Positions 8,776 through 15,976 of a DNA stretch of 32,000 nucleotides are shown here, in pieces; position 1 is the stretch's first letter, and each line of letters opens with the position of its first letter. Origin of the DNA: Horticoccus luteus (GTDB taxonomy: Bacteria; Verrucomicrobiota; Verrucomicrobiia; Opitutales; Opitutaceae); assembly GCF_019464535.1 (NCBI RefSeq), contig NZ_CP080507.1, positions 1,260,001 to 1,292,000 on the forward strand, given 5' to 3'. Below the pieces are notes generated by a model. The model had not been told where the DNA came from, did not search any database, and saw nothing but the letters and a program-made list of their open reading frames with translations. A program made the translations under genes and the position numbers.

Positions 8776-8915
8776 ATGCGGGGTGAGGGCACCCTGCTAT
8801 GGCAAGGCAGAGCGCACGCGGGCTGATGCGGGGTGAGCGCACCCCGCCTCCACGCTGTCGCGCAAGGGGACGGTGAACTCGTTTGTTCGCGTGGGGTGAG
8901 GGCCGGGCGCTCACC
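8776..8915. repeat. Three copies of a GC-rich palindromic unit (core GGGGTGAG[G/C]GC) in a convergent intergenic region; REP-like element or bidirectional terminator hairpins
   Basis: Copy 1 (8778-8794) is gcggggtgagggcaccc with a 5-bp stem. Copy 2 (8828-8847) is GCGGGGTG-agcg-CACCCCGC, a perfect 8-bp stem with a 4-nt loop. Copy 3 (8889-8915) contains GGTGAGggc...gcgCTCACC. Copies 1 and 2 also share the preceding ATGC. Confidence 0.5.
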
Positions 8916-8956
8916 TTCTCGAATGCAGCGAGACGGCGAGCTCGCGCGCGCGACGG

Positions 8957-9751
8957 TCAGCAATACTTCGGAGGACCGACCATCACTTGCACGAGCTGTG
9001 GGTCGGCGTTTTCCAGCACTTTCATCAGCGCGGGGGTGCGTTCGGCGCCCTGGCAGCGGAAGGCGAGGCTGTCGCCACGGGCATACTGCAGTTGCATCAG
9101 GTAACGCGTTTTCTGGCCGACGTTGGGCATGCCGCGGTGCCAGGTCTGGTGGTTGAACAAATAGATGTCGCCCGCGCGGCAGAGGATGGGTTCGGCGGGG
9201 CGGCCTTCGAAAACGGGACTTTCGCCGGGGCAGAGGCGGCCGGAATAGTGGCTGCCAGGGACGATTTCCGTGGGGCCGTCTTCGACGGCGGTGATGTCGC
9301 TGAGCGGCACTTGCACGCTGAGCCAGATGAGAGGAAGGCGGGCGCCGGCGGGCCAGCGCGGGACGTCGGGCGGGAGCGGATGTTCGAGCTTGTTGCAGTC
9401 GTCGACGTGCCAGTTGGAGATCGCCTGGCCCGGACCGTTGCGGATGACGTTTTGTCCGCAGAAACGGCATTCGGGGCCGAGGATCGCTTTAACGAGAGAG
9501 TAGATAGGTTCGCGGATGAAGAGGCGGGCAAACGCGATGTCGTAATCCTGGGGATTGCGGACGACGAACCACGTGCTGCGGCTTTCGTCGAAGGCGGGGT
9601 CGGCCGCGTAGCGATCGGTGATGCTACGGAGGTTGGCGCACTCTTCGGCGCTGAGAACATTGCGAACCACGACGAAACCGTCGCGGTGAAATTGCTGGAG
9701 AACGGAGTCGGCTTCAGCCGAGGGCAACGGAGCAGTCTGGGATGAGGACAT
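8957..9751 (-). CDS. Phytanoyl-CoA dioxygenase (PhyH) family Fe(II)/2-oxoglutarate oxygenase
   Basis: Typical PhyH N-terminus (FHRDGFVVVRNVLSAEE). Has the HxD iron ligands (NWHVDD), a distal His (TWHRGMPN) and a conserved Arg (QKTRYLM). The start is set at ATG 9751 (MSSSQTAPL...). The track's upstream extension to 9994 runs across the PDH terminator and into the E2 gene, so I rejected it. Confidence 0.8.
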   Translation of the reverse strand: MSSSQTAPLPSAEADSVLQQFHRDGFVVVRNVLSAEECANLRSITDRYAADPAFDESRSTWFVVRNPQDYDIAFARLFIREPIYSLVKAILGPECRFCGQNVIRNGPGQAISNWHVDDCNKLEHPLPPDVPRWPAGARLPLIWLSVQVPLSDITAVEDGPTEIVPGSHYSGRLCPGESPVFEGRPAEPILCRAGDIYLFNHQTWHRGMPNVGQKTRYLMQLQYARGDSLAFRCQGAERTPALMKVLENADPQLVQVMVGPPKYC

Positions 9752-9799
9752 GGGAAGGGGGTTGGCCGAGGTGGGCGCGCGGCGGGGAACGGAGCGAGC

Positions 9800-9832
9800 A
9801 AAAAAAAACGCGGCTCCTGGGAGGAAGCCGCG
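9800..9832 (-). terminator. Rho-independent terminator of the pdhA-pdhB-E2 operon
   Basis: On the minus strand the hairpin is CGCGGCT(9832-9826)/AGCCGCG(9815-9809). Additional inner pairing (cct/agg) is present, and a run of 9 U (plus-strand A9 at 9800-9808) follows. It lies 29 nt downstream of the E2 stop codon. Confidence 0.8.
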
Positions 9833-9860
9833 CGAGAGGTGGTCAGGAGAAGAAATCGCC

Positions 9861-11255
9861 TCAGAGGAGGAGCAGGGAAGGGCTTTCCAAGTGCGCCTTG
9901 ACCGCCGCGAGAAACTTCGCGCCGAGGGCGCCGTCGACGACGCGGTGATCGCAGGAAAGCGTGAGCGCCATGCGCTGGCCGATGACGATGGCATCGCCTT
10001 TGACGACGGGTTTTTTCTGCGTGGCGGCGACGGCGAGGATGGCGGCGTTGGGCGGGTTGATGATCGCGGAGAAGCGATCGACGCCCATCATGCCCATGTT
10101 GGACACGCAGAAGGTGCTGCCGCTGTATTCGGCGGGCTGAAGTTTTTTGTCCTTGGCGCGCGCGCCGAGGGCCTTGGCTTCGGTGCTGATTTGCATGACC
10201 GATTTTTTATCGGTGTCGCGGATGACCGGGGTGATGAGACCATCCTCCACGGCGACAGCGAAGGCGACATGCACGGCGCCGTGATATTTGATGGCGGCCC
10301 CATCCCACGACGTGTTGACGGCGGGGACCGCGCGCAACGCGGCGGCGGCGGCCTTGAGGACGAAGTCGTTGACGGAGAGTTTTACGCCGTCTTTCGCGAG
10401 GCCGGCGTTGAGTTCGGTGCGTAACGCGAGGAGCGGTTCGGCATCGATTTCGACTTCGACGTAGAAGTGAGGGATCTGCGACTTGGCCTCCACAAGGCGG
10501 CGCGCGATGGTGGCGCGCATGTTGGAGGCGGGGACGCTGCGCTCTTCCTGAATGGCGCTCTTGTCGAGCGCACTGCGCCACGGCCAAGCATCGGCGGCCG
10601 GACGGGCCGGTTTGCCGGCGGCGGGCGCGGCCGGAGCGGCGGCGGGCGGGTTTTTCTCGGCGGCGAGGATATCGGCGCGCACGATGCGACCGCCGGGGCC
10701 GCTGCCTTTGACGCGGGAGAAATCGATCTTCTTTTCCGCAGCCAGTTTTTTGGCGAGCGGGGAGATTTTGATGCGACCGCCGGGAGCGGGGGTGGAGGCG
10801 GCTGATTCGGACCGGGGTGAGGGCATCCCGGCTACAGGAGCGGTCGGAGTGGCGGTGGGTTCGGCTTTCGGGGCGGTGTCTTTGGAGGCGGACGCGGGGG
10901 ATCCGGAGTCGGGCGAGGGCGCGCCGCCCGCTGGAGCGGACGCGGTGTGGGCGGATGGTTCCGTTTTCTGGGCGTCGCCTTTGGGCGCGGGGGCGGCGGG
11001 GGCGGCGACCTTTTCGCCGGGTTTGCCGATGGCGCAGAGCGCGGCGCCGATGGGGACTTGCGAGCCGGCGGGCGCGAAGATCTTCAGGAGCGTGCCGTCG
11101 TAAAACGACTCAAGCTCCATGGTCGCTTTGTCGGTTTCGACCTCGGCGAGCATGTCGCCGGATTTCACGGCATCGCCCTCTTGCTTCAACCATTTGACCA
11201 GCGTGCCCACCGTCATGGTGTCGCTGAGTTTGGGCATCTCGATATTGTCGGCCAT
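9861..11255 (-). CDS. pdhC: Dihydrolipoyllysine-residue acetyltransferase (E2) of the pyruvate dehydrogenase complex
   Basis: Single N-terminal lipoyl domain with EVETDKATMELE. A long Ala/Pro/Ser linker follows, then the peripheral-subunit-binding domain (ISPLAKKLAAEKKIDFSRVKGSGPGGRIVRADI). The catalytic domain carries DHRVVDG. Confidence 0.9.
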   Translation of the reverse strand: MADNIEMPKLSDTMTVGTLVKWLKQEGDAVKSGDMLAEVETDKATMELESFYDGTLLKIFAPAGSQVPIGAALCAIGKPGEKVAAPAAPAPKGDAQKTEPSAHTASAPAGGAPSPDSGSPASASKDTAPKAEPTATPTAPVAGMPSPRSESAASTPAPGGRIKISPLAKKLAAEKKIDFSRVKGSGPGGRIVRADILAAEKNPPAAAPAAPAAGKPARPAADAWPWRSALDKSAIQEERSVPASNMRATIARRLVEAKSQIPHFYVEVEIDAEPLLALRTELNAGLAKDGVKLSVNDFVLKAAAAALRAVPAVNTSWDGAAIKYHGAVHVAFAVAVEDGLITPVIRDTDKKSVMQISTEAKALGARAKDKKLQPAEYSGSTFCVSNMGMMGVDRFSAIINPPNAAILAVAATQKKPVVKGDAIVIGQRMALTLSCDHRVVDGALGAKFLAAVKAHLESPSLLLL

Positions 11256-11267
11256 GGTGGGAAGAGG

Positions 11268-12248
11268 TTAACGGAGGACTTCGAGGGCGGCTTTGAGGAT
11301 GCGCGCGGGATTGGGGAGCTGGTGTTCGCGTTCGAGCGCCGGCGCGTAGATTTGCGGGGCGTCGATCGCGGAGACGCGTTTGATCGGGGCGTCGAGGTCG
11401 TCGAACGCTTTTTCCTGAATCAGGTAGCTGATCTGCGCATCGACGCCGCAAAACGGTTTGTTCTCCTCGACGAGGAGGACGCGGTGAGTCTTGCGGACGG
11501 ATTTGAGAATGGTCTCTTCGTCGAGCGGGCGGATGGAGCGGAGGTCGACGACTTCGGCGGAAATTTTGTGTTCGGCCTGAAGTTGCTCGGCGGCTTTGAG
11601 CGAGGTGAGGACGGCGCGGCCGTGGGCGACGATGGTGAGATCGGTGCCGGAGCGCTTGATGTCGGCCAGGCCGATGGGCACGAGGTGTTCGCCGTCGGGG
11701 ACTTCGCCTTTGTCGTTATAAAGAATGGTGTTCTCCATGAACATGACGGGGTCGTTGTCGCGGATGGCGGACTTGAGGAGGCCCTTGGCATCGGCAGGCG
11801 TGGCGGCCACGACGACTTTTACGCCCGGGTGATGGGCGCAGATGTTTTCGGGCGTGTGCGAGTGGGTGGCGCCGACGTTGGTGCCGCCGTTGGCGGGGCC
11901 GCGGATGACGATGGGGCAGTGGATCAGGCCGCCGGACATGTAGCGGACGTTGGCGGCGTTGTTCAGAATCTGATCGAAGGCGACGGAGTAGAAGCTCCAG
12001 AACATGAGCTCCATCACCGGGCGCAGGCCGAGCATCGAGGCGCCGAGGCCGAGGCCGATGAAGCCGGCTTCGCTGATGGGAGTGTCGAGAATGCGCTTCG
12101 AGCCGAAGCGTTCGAGGAGTCCTTCGCTGACCTTGTAGGCGCCATTGAACTGGCCGACCTCTTCACCCATAAGGATGACGTTGGGGTCGCGATCGAGTTC
12201 CTCGGCGAGCGCTTGGTTGAGGGCTTCGCGGTAAGTGATGACAGGCAT
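11268..12248 (-). CDS. pdhB: Pyruvate dehydrogenase E1 component, beta subunit
   Basis: 326 aa with transketolase-like pyrimidine-binding and C-terminal domains. The sequence is typical of heterotetrameric E1-beta (REALNQALAEELDRDPNV, MGEEVGQFNGAYKVSEGL). It starts 12 nt upstream of E2. Confidence 0.95.
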   Translation of the reverse strand: MPVITYREALNQALAEELDRDPNVILMGEEVGQFNGAYKVSEGLLERFGSKRILDTPISEAGFIGLGLGASMLGLRPVMELMFWSFYSVAFDQILNNAANVRYMSGGLIHCPIVIRGPANGGTNVGATHSHTPENICAHHPGVKVVVAATPADAKGLLKSAIRDNDPVMFMENTILYNDKGEVPDGEHLVPIGLADIKRSGTDLTIVAHGRAVLTSLKAAEQLQAEHKISAEVVDLRSIRPLDEETILKSVRKTHRVLLVEENKPFCGVDAQISYLIQEKAFDDLDAPIKRVSAIDAPQIYAPALEREHQLPNPARILKAALEVLR

Positions 12249-12298
12249 GTCGAAAGGCGGATGACGAACGTTTGGCGGGAGGTCGAGGTGAGCGGCGC

Positions 12299-13420
12299 TC
12301 AGTCGAAGAGCAGGCGGCCCTTGGTGCGTTGATCGGCGGGAGCATCCTGCTCCCAGTAGATGTCTTTGCTGATATCTTCGACCGTTGGCGGCGGGCTGGC
12401 GTCGGCGAAGTCGGCGGCGGCGTCGGCTTCGGCGCGGGCCTCGGCATCGATCTTGGCGGCTTTCTCTTCATCGAGGACGCCCTCCGCGATGAGCGACGTT
12501 TGGAAGAGTTGAAGGGGATCCTTCGTGCGGCGGTAGTCCTCCACCTCGGATTTGCGGCGGTAAGTCGAATCGGGATCCGAGACAGAGTGGCCGCGGTAGC
12601 GATAGGTGCGGATCTCTAGGACGCTCGGGCGGGACTTCTCGTGAGCGAGCTGGATGGCGGCTGCCACCTTGTCGCGGACCTCGTAGAGATCGTGGCCGTT
12701 GCAGATGCCCCACGTCATCCCGTAGCCTTCGGCGCGTTTGGCGAGGGATTCGCCGGCGGAGGAGCGGGTCTGGCTGGTGCCCATGGAGTAGCCGTTGTTC
12801 TCGATGATGAACACGACCGGGATGTCCCAGAGTGCGGCGAGATTGTAAGCTTCGTGCACGGCGCCTTGATTGACGGCGCCGTCACCCATGAACGCGAGGC
12901 AGGCGCCCTTGAGGCCCTTGTATTTCAAGGCAAACGCGATGCCGGTGCCGAGGGGGATCTGGCCGCCGACAATGCCGTGGCCGCCCCAGAAATTCTTGTC
13001 GGGCGCGAAATAGTGCATGGAGCCGCCTTTGCCTTTGGAGCAACCGGTGGCTTTGCCGTAGTTTTCGGCCATCATCTCGTTCATCGACATGCCGACGGCG
13101 AGGCCGTGGCCGTGGTCGCGGTAGGCAGTGATGAGGTGGTCGTTATCGCCGAGCACGGAAACGCAGCCGGTCGCAACGGCTTCCTGGCCGATGTAGAGAT
13201 GGAGGAATCCGCCGATTTTCCCCTGTTGGTAGGCGCGAAGGCAGCGTTCTTCGAAGCGGCGGATGCGCACCATCGTGCGGAAAAGCTCAATGCGCGCTTC
13301 GGGTTTCAGCTTCGCATTAATGGGGGCTTGAGCCGCGGCGCTGATGGGATTCGCGGCTTCTTCGGCTTTCGCGCCGTCCGCGGCTTTAGGTTCGTTATTC
13401 GCTGCTGTTTTTTTGCTCAC
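12299..13420 (-). CDS. pdhA: Pyruvate dehydrogenase E1 component, alpha subunit
   Basis: 373 aa with a GTG start. The ThDP-binding motif is GDGAVNQGAVHEAYNLAALWDIPVVFIIENNGYSMGT, and the E1-alpha C-terminal region is YRYRGHSVSDP. Confidence 0.95.
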   Translation of the reverse strand: MSKKTAANNEPKAADGAKAEEAANPISAAAQAPINAKLKPEARIELFRTMVRIRRFEERCLRAYQQGKIGGFLHLYIGQEAVATGCVSVLGDNDHLITAYRDHGHGLAVGMSMNEMMAENYGKATGCSKGKGGSMHYFAPDKNFWGGHGIVGGQIPLGTGIAFALKYKGLKGACLAFMGDGAVNQGAVHEAYNLAALWDIPVVFIIENNGYSMGTSQTRSSAGESLAKRAEGYGMTWGICNGHDLYEVRDKVAAAIQLAHEKSRPSVLEIRTYRYRGHSVSDPDSTYRRKSEVEDYRRTKDPLQLFQTSLIAEGVLDEEKAAKIDAEARAEADAAADFADASPPPTVEDISKDIYWEQDAPADQRTKGRLLFD

Positions 13421-13439
13421 GGTGGATCGAAAAGAGGGT

Positions 13440-13476
13440 TCAAGTGTTTGTCGCTGGAAGCATAAATCAAGTGTTT
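13440..13476 (-). promoter_or_regulatory. Direct 10-bp repeat (minus-strand AAACACTTGA) in the pdhA leader; possible operator or promoter element
   Basis: TCAAGTGTTT occurs at 13440-13449 and again at 13467-13476, a 27-bp period, 20-56 nt upstream of the pdhA GTG. The local sequence is AT-richer than the flanks. No known consensus is assigned. Confidence 0.25.
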
Positions 13477-13544
13477 AGCGCGAATCGCGGTGGCGGGCCA
13501 AACAGGCGCAGAGGCGGCGCAGCCACCGCATGGCGGAGAGCCGG

Positions 13545-14051
13545 TCAATCCGCGGGCGTGATCTCCTCCAAGTCGACGCGCACGGGCTGCCCGGGCGCAC
13601 AATCGGCTCGCAGGGCGACGAAGCGGTCGCGATAGCGGTCGTAGATCGGCCAGAGCGCGGCGCGGTCGGTTTCGGGGATGGGGAGCGTCTCAATCGCCGC
13701 GCGTGAAAAGAAGCCGAACCGGCCCTCGGAAATATCGGGCGGCAGCGCAGACACCGGGCGGCGGCAGCGGAAGAGAAACATCAGCCAGTGCGTTTTCCCT
13801 TCGTAAGCCTTCTCGGCGATCATCGCGAACAGGTGCAAGTCGGCCGTCGTGATCGCGAAACCGGTTTCCTCAAACGTCTCCCGGACGGCGCATTCGAACG
13901 GCGATTCGCCGAGAGCGGTTTCAAGTTTCCCACCGATGGGGCTCCAGATGCCGAGATTGGGCGGTTTGGCGCGCAGGAGGAGGAGGTGTTCGCCGGCGGC
14001 GTTTTCGAGAAAGACGAGGACGGCGATTTTGTAGTCGAGAGGAGCGGTCAT
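13545..14051 (-). CDS. NUDIX hydrolase
   Basis: 168 aa. The Nudix box is GGKLETALGESPFECAVRETFEETGF (Ex7REUxEExGU, with a 2-residue insertion in the Gx5E part). Confidence 0.85.
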   Translation of the reverse strand: MTAPLDYKIAVLVFLENAAGEHLLLLRAKPPNLGIWSPIGGKLETALGESPFECAVRETFEETGFAITTADLHLFAMIAEKAYEGKTHWLMFLFRCRRPVSALPPDISEGRFGFFSRAAIETLPIPETDRAALWPIYDRYRDRFVALRADCAPGQPVRVDLEEITPAD

Positions 14052-14148
14052 CCGGAAGCGGTTTTGAGCGAGTGAATGAGGCGCTCATATTCGCGGTAAG
14101 CGCCAATTAAAAACCACATAATACGTGCATCGTCGCCAGCGGCGGTCG

Positions 14149-14215
14149 TGCGCATGCGCAGGCGGCGTGAAATTACTCGCGCCGCGAGTCGGGCGGCGGA
14201 GGGCAACGCGAGTCG
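14149..14215. promoter_or_regulatory. Cluster of palindromes and direct repeats in the divergent NUDIX / pil-like operon control region
   Basis: There is a perfect 12-bp palindrome TGCGCATGCGCA (14149-14160). A 15-bp palindrome ACTCGCG-c-CGCGAGT sits at 14175-14189. CGCGAGTCG is repeated at 14183-14191 and 14207-14215. All lie 100-165 nt upstream of ATG 14313. Confidence 0.3.
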
Positions 14216-14312
14216 TCGGCGAATGCCCGGTGCGGGACCGGAGAATTTCCGGGGTTAGGGCTTGCGGCCTCTGCGCGCGCGTCGTGCCATAACGGCCCAG
14301 CTTTCCCCCCTG

Positions 14313-15974
14313 ATGCGTTTCTCCCGTTCGTTCGTGGTCGACTGTGGCGCGAGCCATGTCGCTTGTTGTAAGTTCACAACGAGCGGCCGTGGCGGCCTGA
14401 GGGTCGCCGCATTTTCGCAGGTTAGGCATCTTGCCGATCCGGCGGCGGATGTAGGGTGGGCGGATGGCGTCGTCGAAGCGGTGGCGACGGCGCGCGCGGC
14501 GGGCTGGGGAACGCAGTGCACGCTCGTGCTGCCGGGCCATCTGGCGTTGACGAAGTTCGGGAAGACGGCGTCCGTCGCGCCGGCCAAGCGCGAGCGGATC
14601 ATCGCGTTCGAAGCGGCGCAAAATATTCCTTATCCGCTCGAAGACGTGGTGTGGGATCATCTGGAAACGGCGGACGACGGCCTCGACGTGGAGTTCATGC
14701 TCGCGGCGGCGAAGCGGGATTTGGTGGAGGATTTGTGCGCGCGAGTAGAGGCGGCGGGCGTGGCGGTGACGCGCGTGCTGCCTGCCAGCCTGGCGCTGCG
14801 GCGAGCCTTGGCGCACAACTACGAGCCCGTCGAAAGCCCGGCGGTCGTGGTCGATGTGGGCGCGCGTTCCTCGCACGTGTTGCTGGTTGAGCCGGGCGGG
14901 CGATTTGCGCTGCGGACGTTTACGCTCGGCGGCAACACCCTCACGCAAGCGATCGCCGACGAGCTGCGACTCGATTTTGCGCATGCGGAAGCGTTGAAGC
15001 TGCAAGTGCTCGGCGCGCCGAGTGGCACCTCCGTGCCGGCCGCGGCGCGGGCGGCGGTCGAACGCGCCGCGGCGGCGTTTGCGGCGCGTTTGCAGGCGGA
15101 GGTGATGCGCTCGATGGCGAACTTCACGCGGCAGGGTGGCACGGCAGCCACGCGACTCTATCTTGCGGGCGGCGGCGCGGCGTTTCCCGTGGCGCGGGAG
15201 GCGATTGCGGCGGGCATGGGCGTGCCGGTGGAGCGTTACGACGCGTGGCGTCACGTTACGTTCGCGACGGCCGCTGAAGGTGAAGCGGAAGCAACGTCGG
15301 CGGCGGCGCAACTCGTGGGTGCGGCGGTGCCCGTAACGGGCGCGGCGGCGGCATTCAATCTCGTGCCGCCGGCTCTGGCGGCGCGCGGATCGGAGCGGCG
15401 GCGGCAGTGGCAGTGGCTCGCGGCGGCGGCGCTCGTGATCGTTTCGTTGACCGGACCGGCGTGGTATTTTCAACGGCGCGCGCGCGCGGCCGACGCGGAG
15501 TCGCGCCGGCTGACGGCACAGTTGCAACCGGTGCGGCGGGCGCGGGCGCACAACGAGGCGATCCTCGCGCAACTCGCGGAAACGGAGAAGCAGAGCGCGG
15601 CGTTGAGCCGGGTGTTTGCCACGCGCGCGAACTGGCTGGCGTTCTTCGGCGATTTGCAGAGCCGCCTGGTGAAGGTGGAGGATGTGTGGCTGGAGAAAAT
15701 GCAGGACGGGCCGCCGGTCGCAGGCGGGCCGGCGCCGGCGGAGGGAGCGGCGCCGCCGCCGCGGCGGTTGACGTTGAGCGGGCGTTTGCTCGACCGGCAG
15801 AATCCGGTGTCGCAGGTGAGCCGCGATTCCTACGAACACGTGCGCGCGTTGCTGGCGGATTTGCGTGGATCGCGATTCGTGGCGGCGGTGGAAAACGAGC
15901 GCTTCGACAACACGCAGCCGGGCATCCTGCGCTTCGACTGCACTCTCGTGATCAACCCGCAGCATCCGCTCTGA
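14313..15974 (+). CDS. Fused PilM-like (actin-fold ATPase) / PilN-like type IV pilus alignment-complex protein, GspL-like architecture
   Basis: 553 aa from ATG 14313. The N-terminal ~345 aa match PilM block by block (FVVDCGASHV; RIIAFEAAQNIPYPLEDVVWD; VEFMLAAAKRDLVEDLCARVEAAGV; VVDVGARSSHVLLV; TLGGNTLTQAIADELRLDFAHAEALK). Next come an INLLP-like FNLVPP motif, the TM helix LAAAALVIVSLTGPAWYF, a coiled coil and a PilN-type periplasmic domain. Confidence 0.8.
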   Translation: MRFSRSFVVDCGASHVACCKFTTSGRGGLRVAAFSQVRHLADPAADVGWADGVVEAVATARAAGWGTQCTLVLPGHLALTKFGKTASVAPAKRERIIAFEAAQNIPYPLEDVVWDHLETADDGLDVEFMLAAAKRDLVEDLCARVEAAGVAVTRVLPASLALRRALAHNYEPVESPAVVVDVGARSSHVLLVEPGGRFALRTFTLGGNTLTQAIADELRLDFAHAEALKLQVLGAPSGTSVPAAARAAVERAAAAFAARLQAEVMRSMANFTRQGGTAATRLYLAGGGAAFPVAREAIAAGMGVPVERYDAWRHVTFATAAEGEAEATSAAAQLVGAAVPVTGAAAAFNLVPPALAARGSERRRQWQWLAAAALVIVSLTGPAWYFQRRARAADAESRRLTAQLQPVRRARAHNEAILAQLAETEKQSAALSRVFATRANWLAFFGDLQSRLVKVEDVWLEKMQDGPPVAGGPAPAEGAAPPPRRLTLSGRLLDRQNPVSQVSRDSYEHVRALLADLRGSRFVAAVENERFDNTQPGILRFDCTLVINPQHPL

Positions 15975-15976
15975 CG

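Noticed and set aside
8776-8915. Possible CRISPR array
   Set aside because: There are only three imperfect units with irregular spacing (about 50 and 62 nt). Each unit is itself a hairpin, and there is no cas gene or leader. It is better explained as REP-like or terminator hairpins.
9752-9994. 81-codon N-terminal extension of the PhyH-family ORF
   Set aside because: It would read through the PDH terminator hairpin and poly-T and into the 3-prime end of the E2 gene. The PhyH fold begins right after Met at 9751.
10947-13465. 461-aa (10947-12332) and 274-aa (12641-13465) plus-strand ORFs, plus similar Gly/Ala/Asp/Glu-rich ORFs such as 132-1286, 1473-2357 and 8987-9745
   Set aside because: They are opposite-strand shadows of pdhB/pdhA/lipA/lipB/PhyH. 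They show the G/A/D/E/V-rich composition characteristic of the antisense frame of GC-rich genes.
14305-14310. Poly-C tract immediately upstream of the PilM-PilN start codon as a phase-variation switch
   Set aside because: There are only six C residues, which is shorter than the tracts that usually show slipped-strand phase variation. It lies outside the coding sequence.
15407-15976. 190-codon N-terminal extension of the PilO-like ORF in the track (15407-16879)
   Set aside because: The extension overlaps the PilN-like part of the upstream gene in another frame and is Gly/Arg/Ala low complexity. ATG 15977, 2 nt after the upstream stop, gives a sensible short tail plus TM N-terminus.
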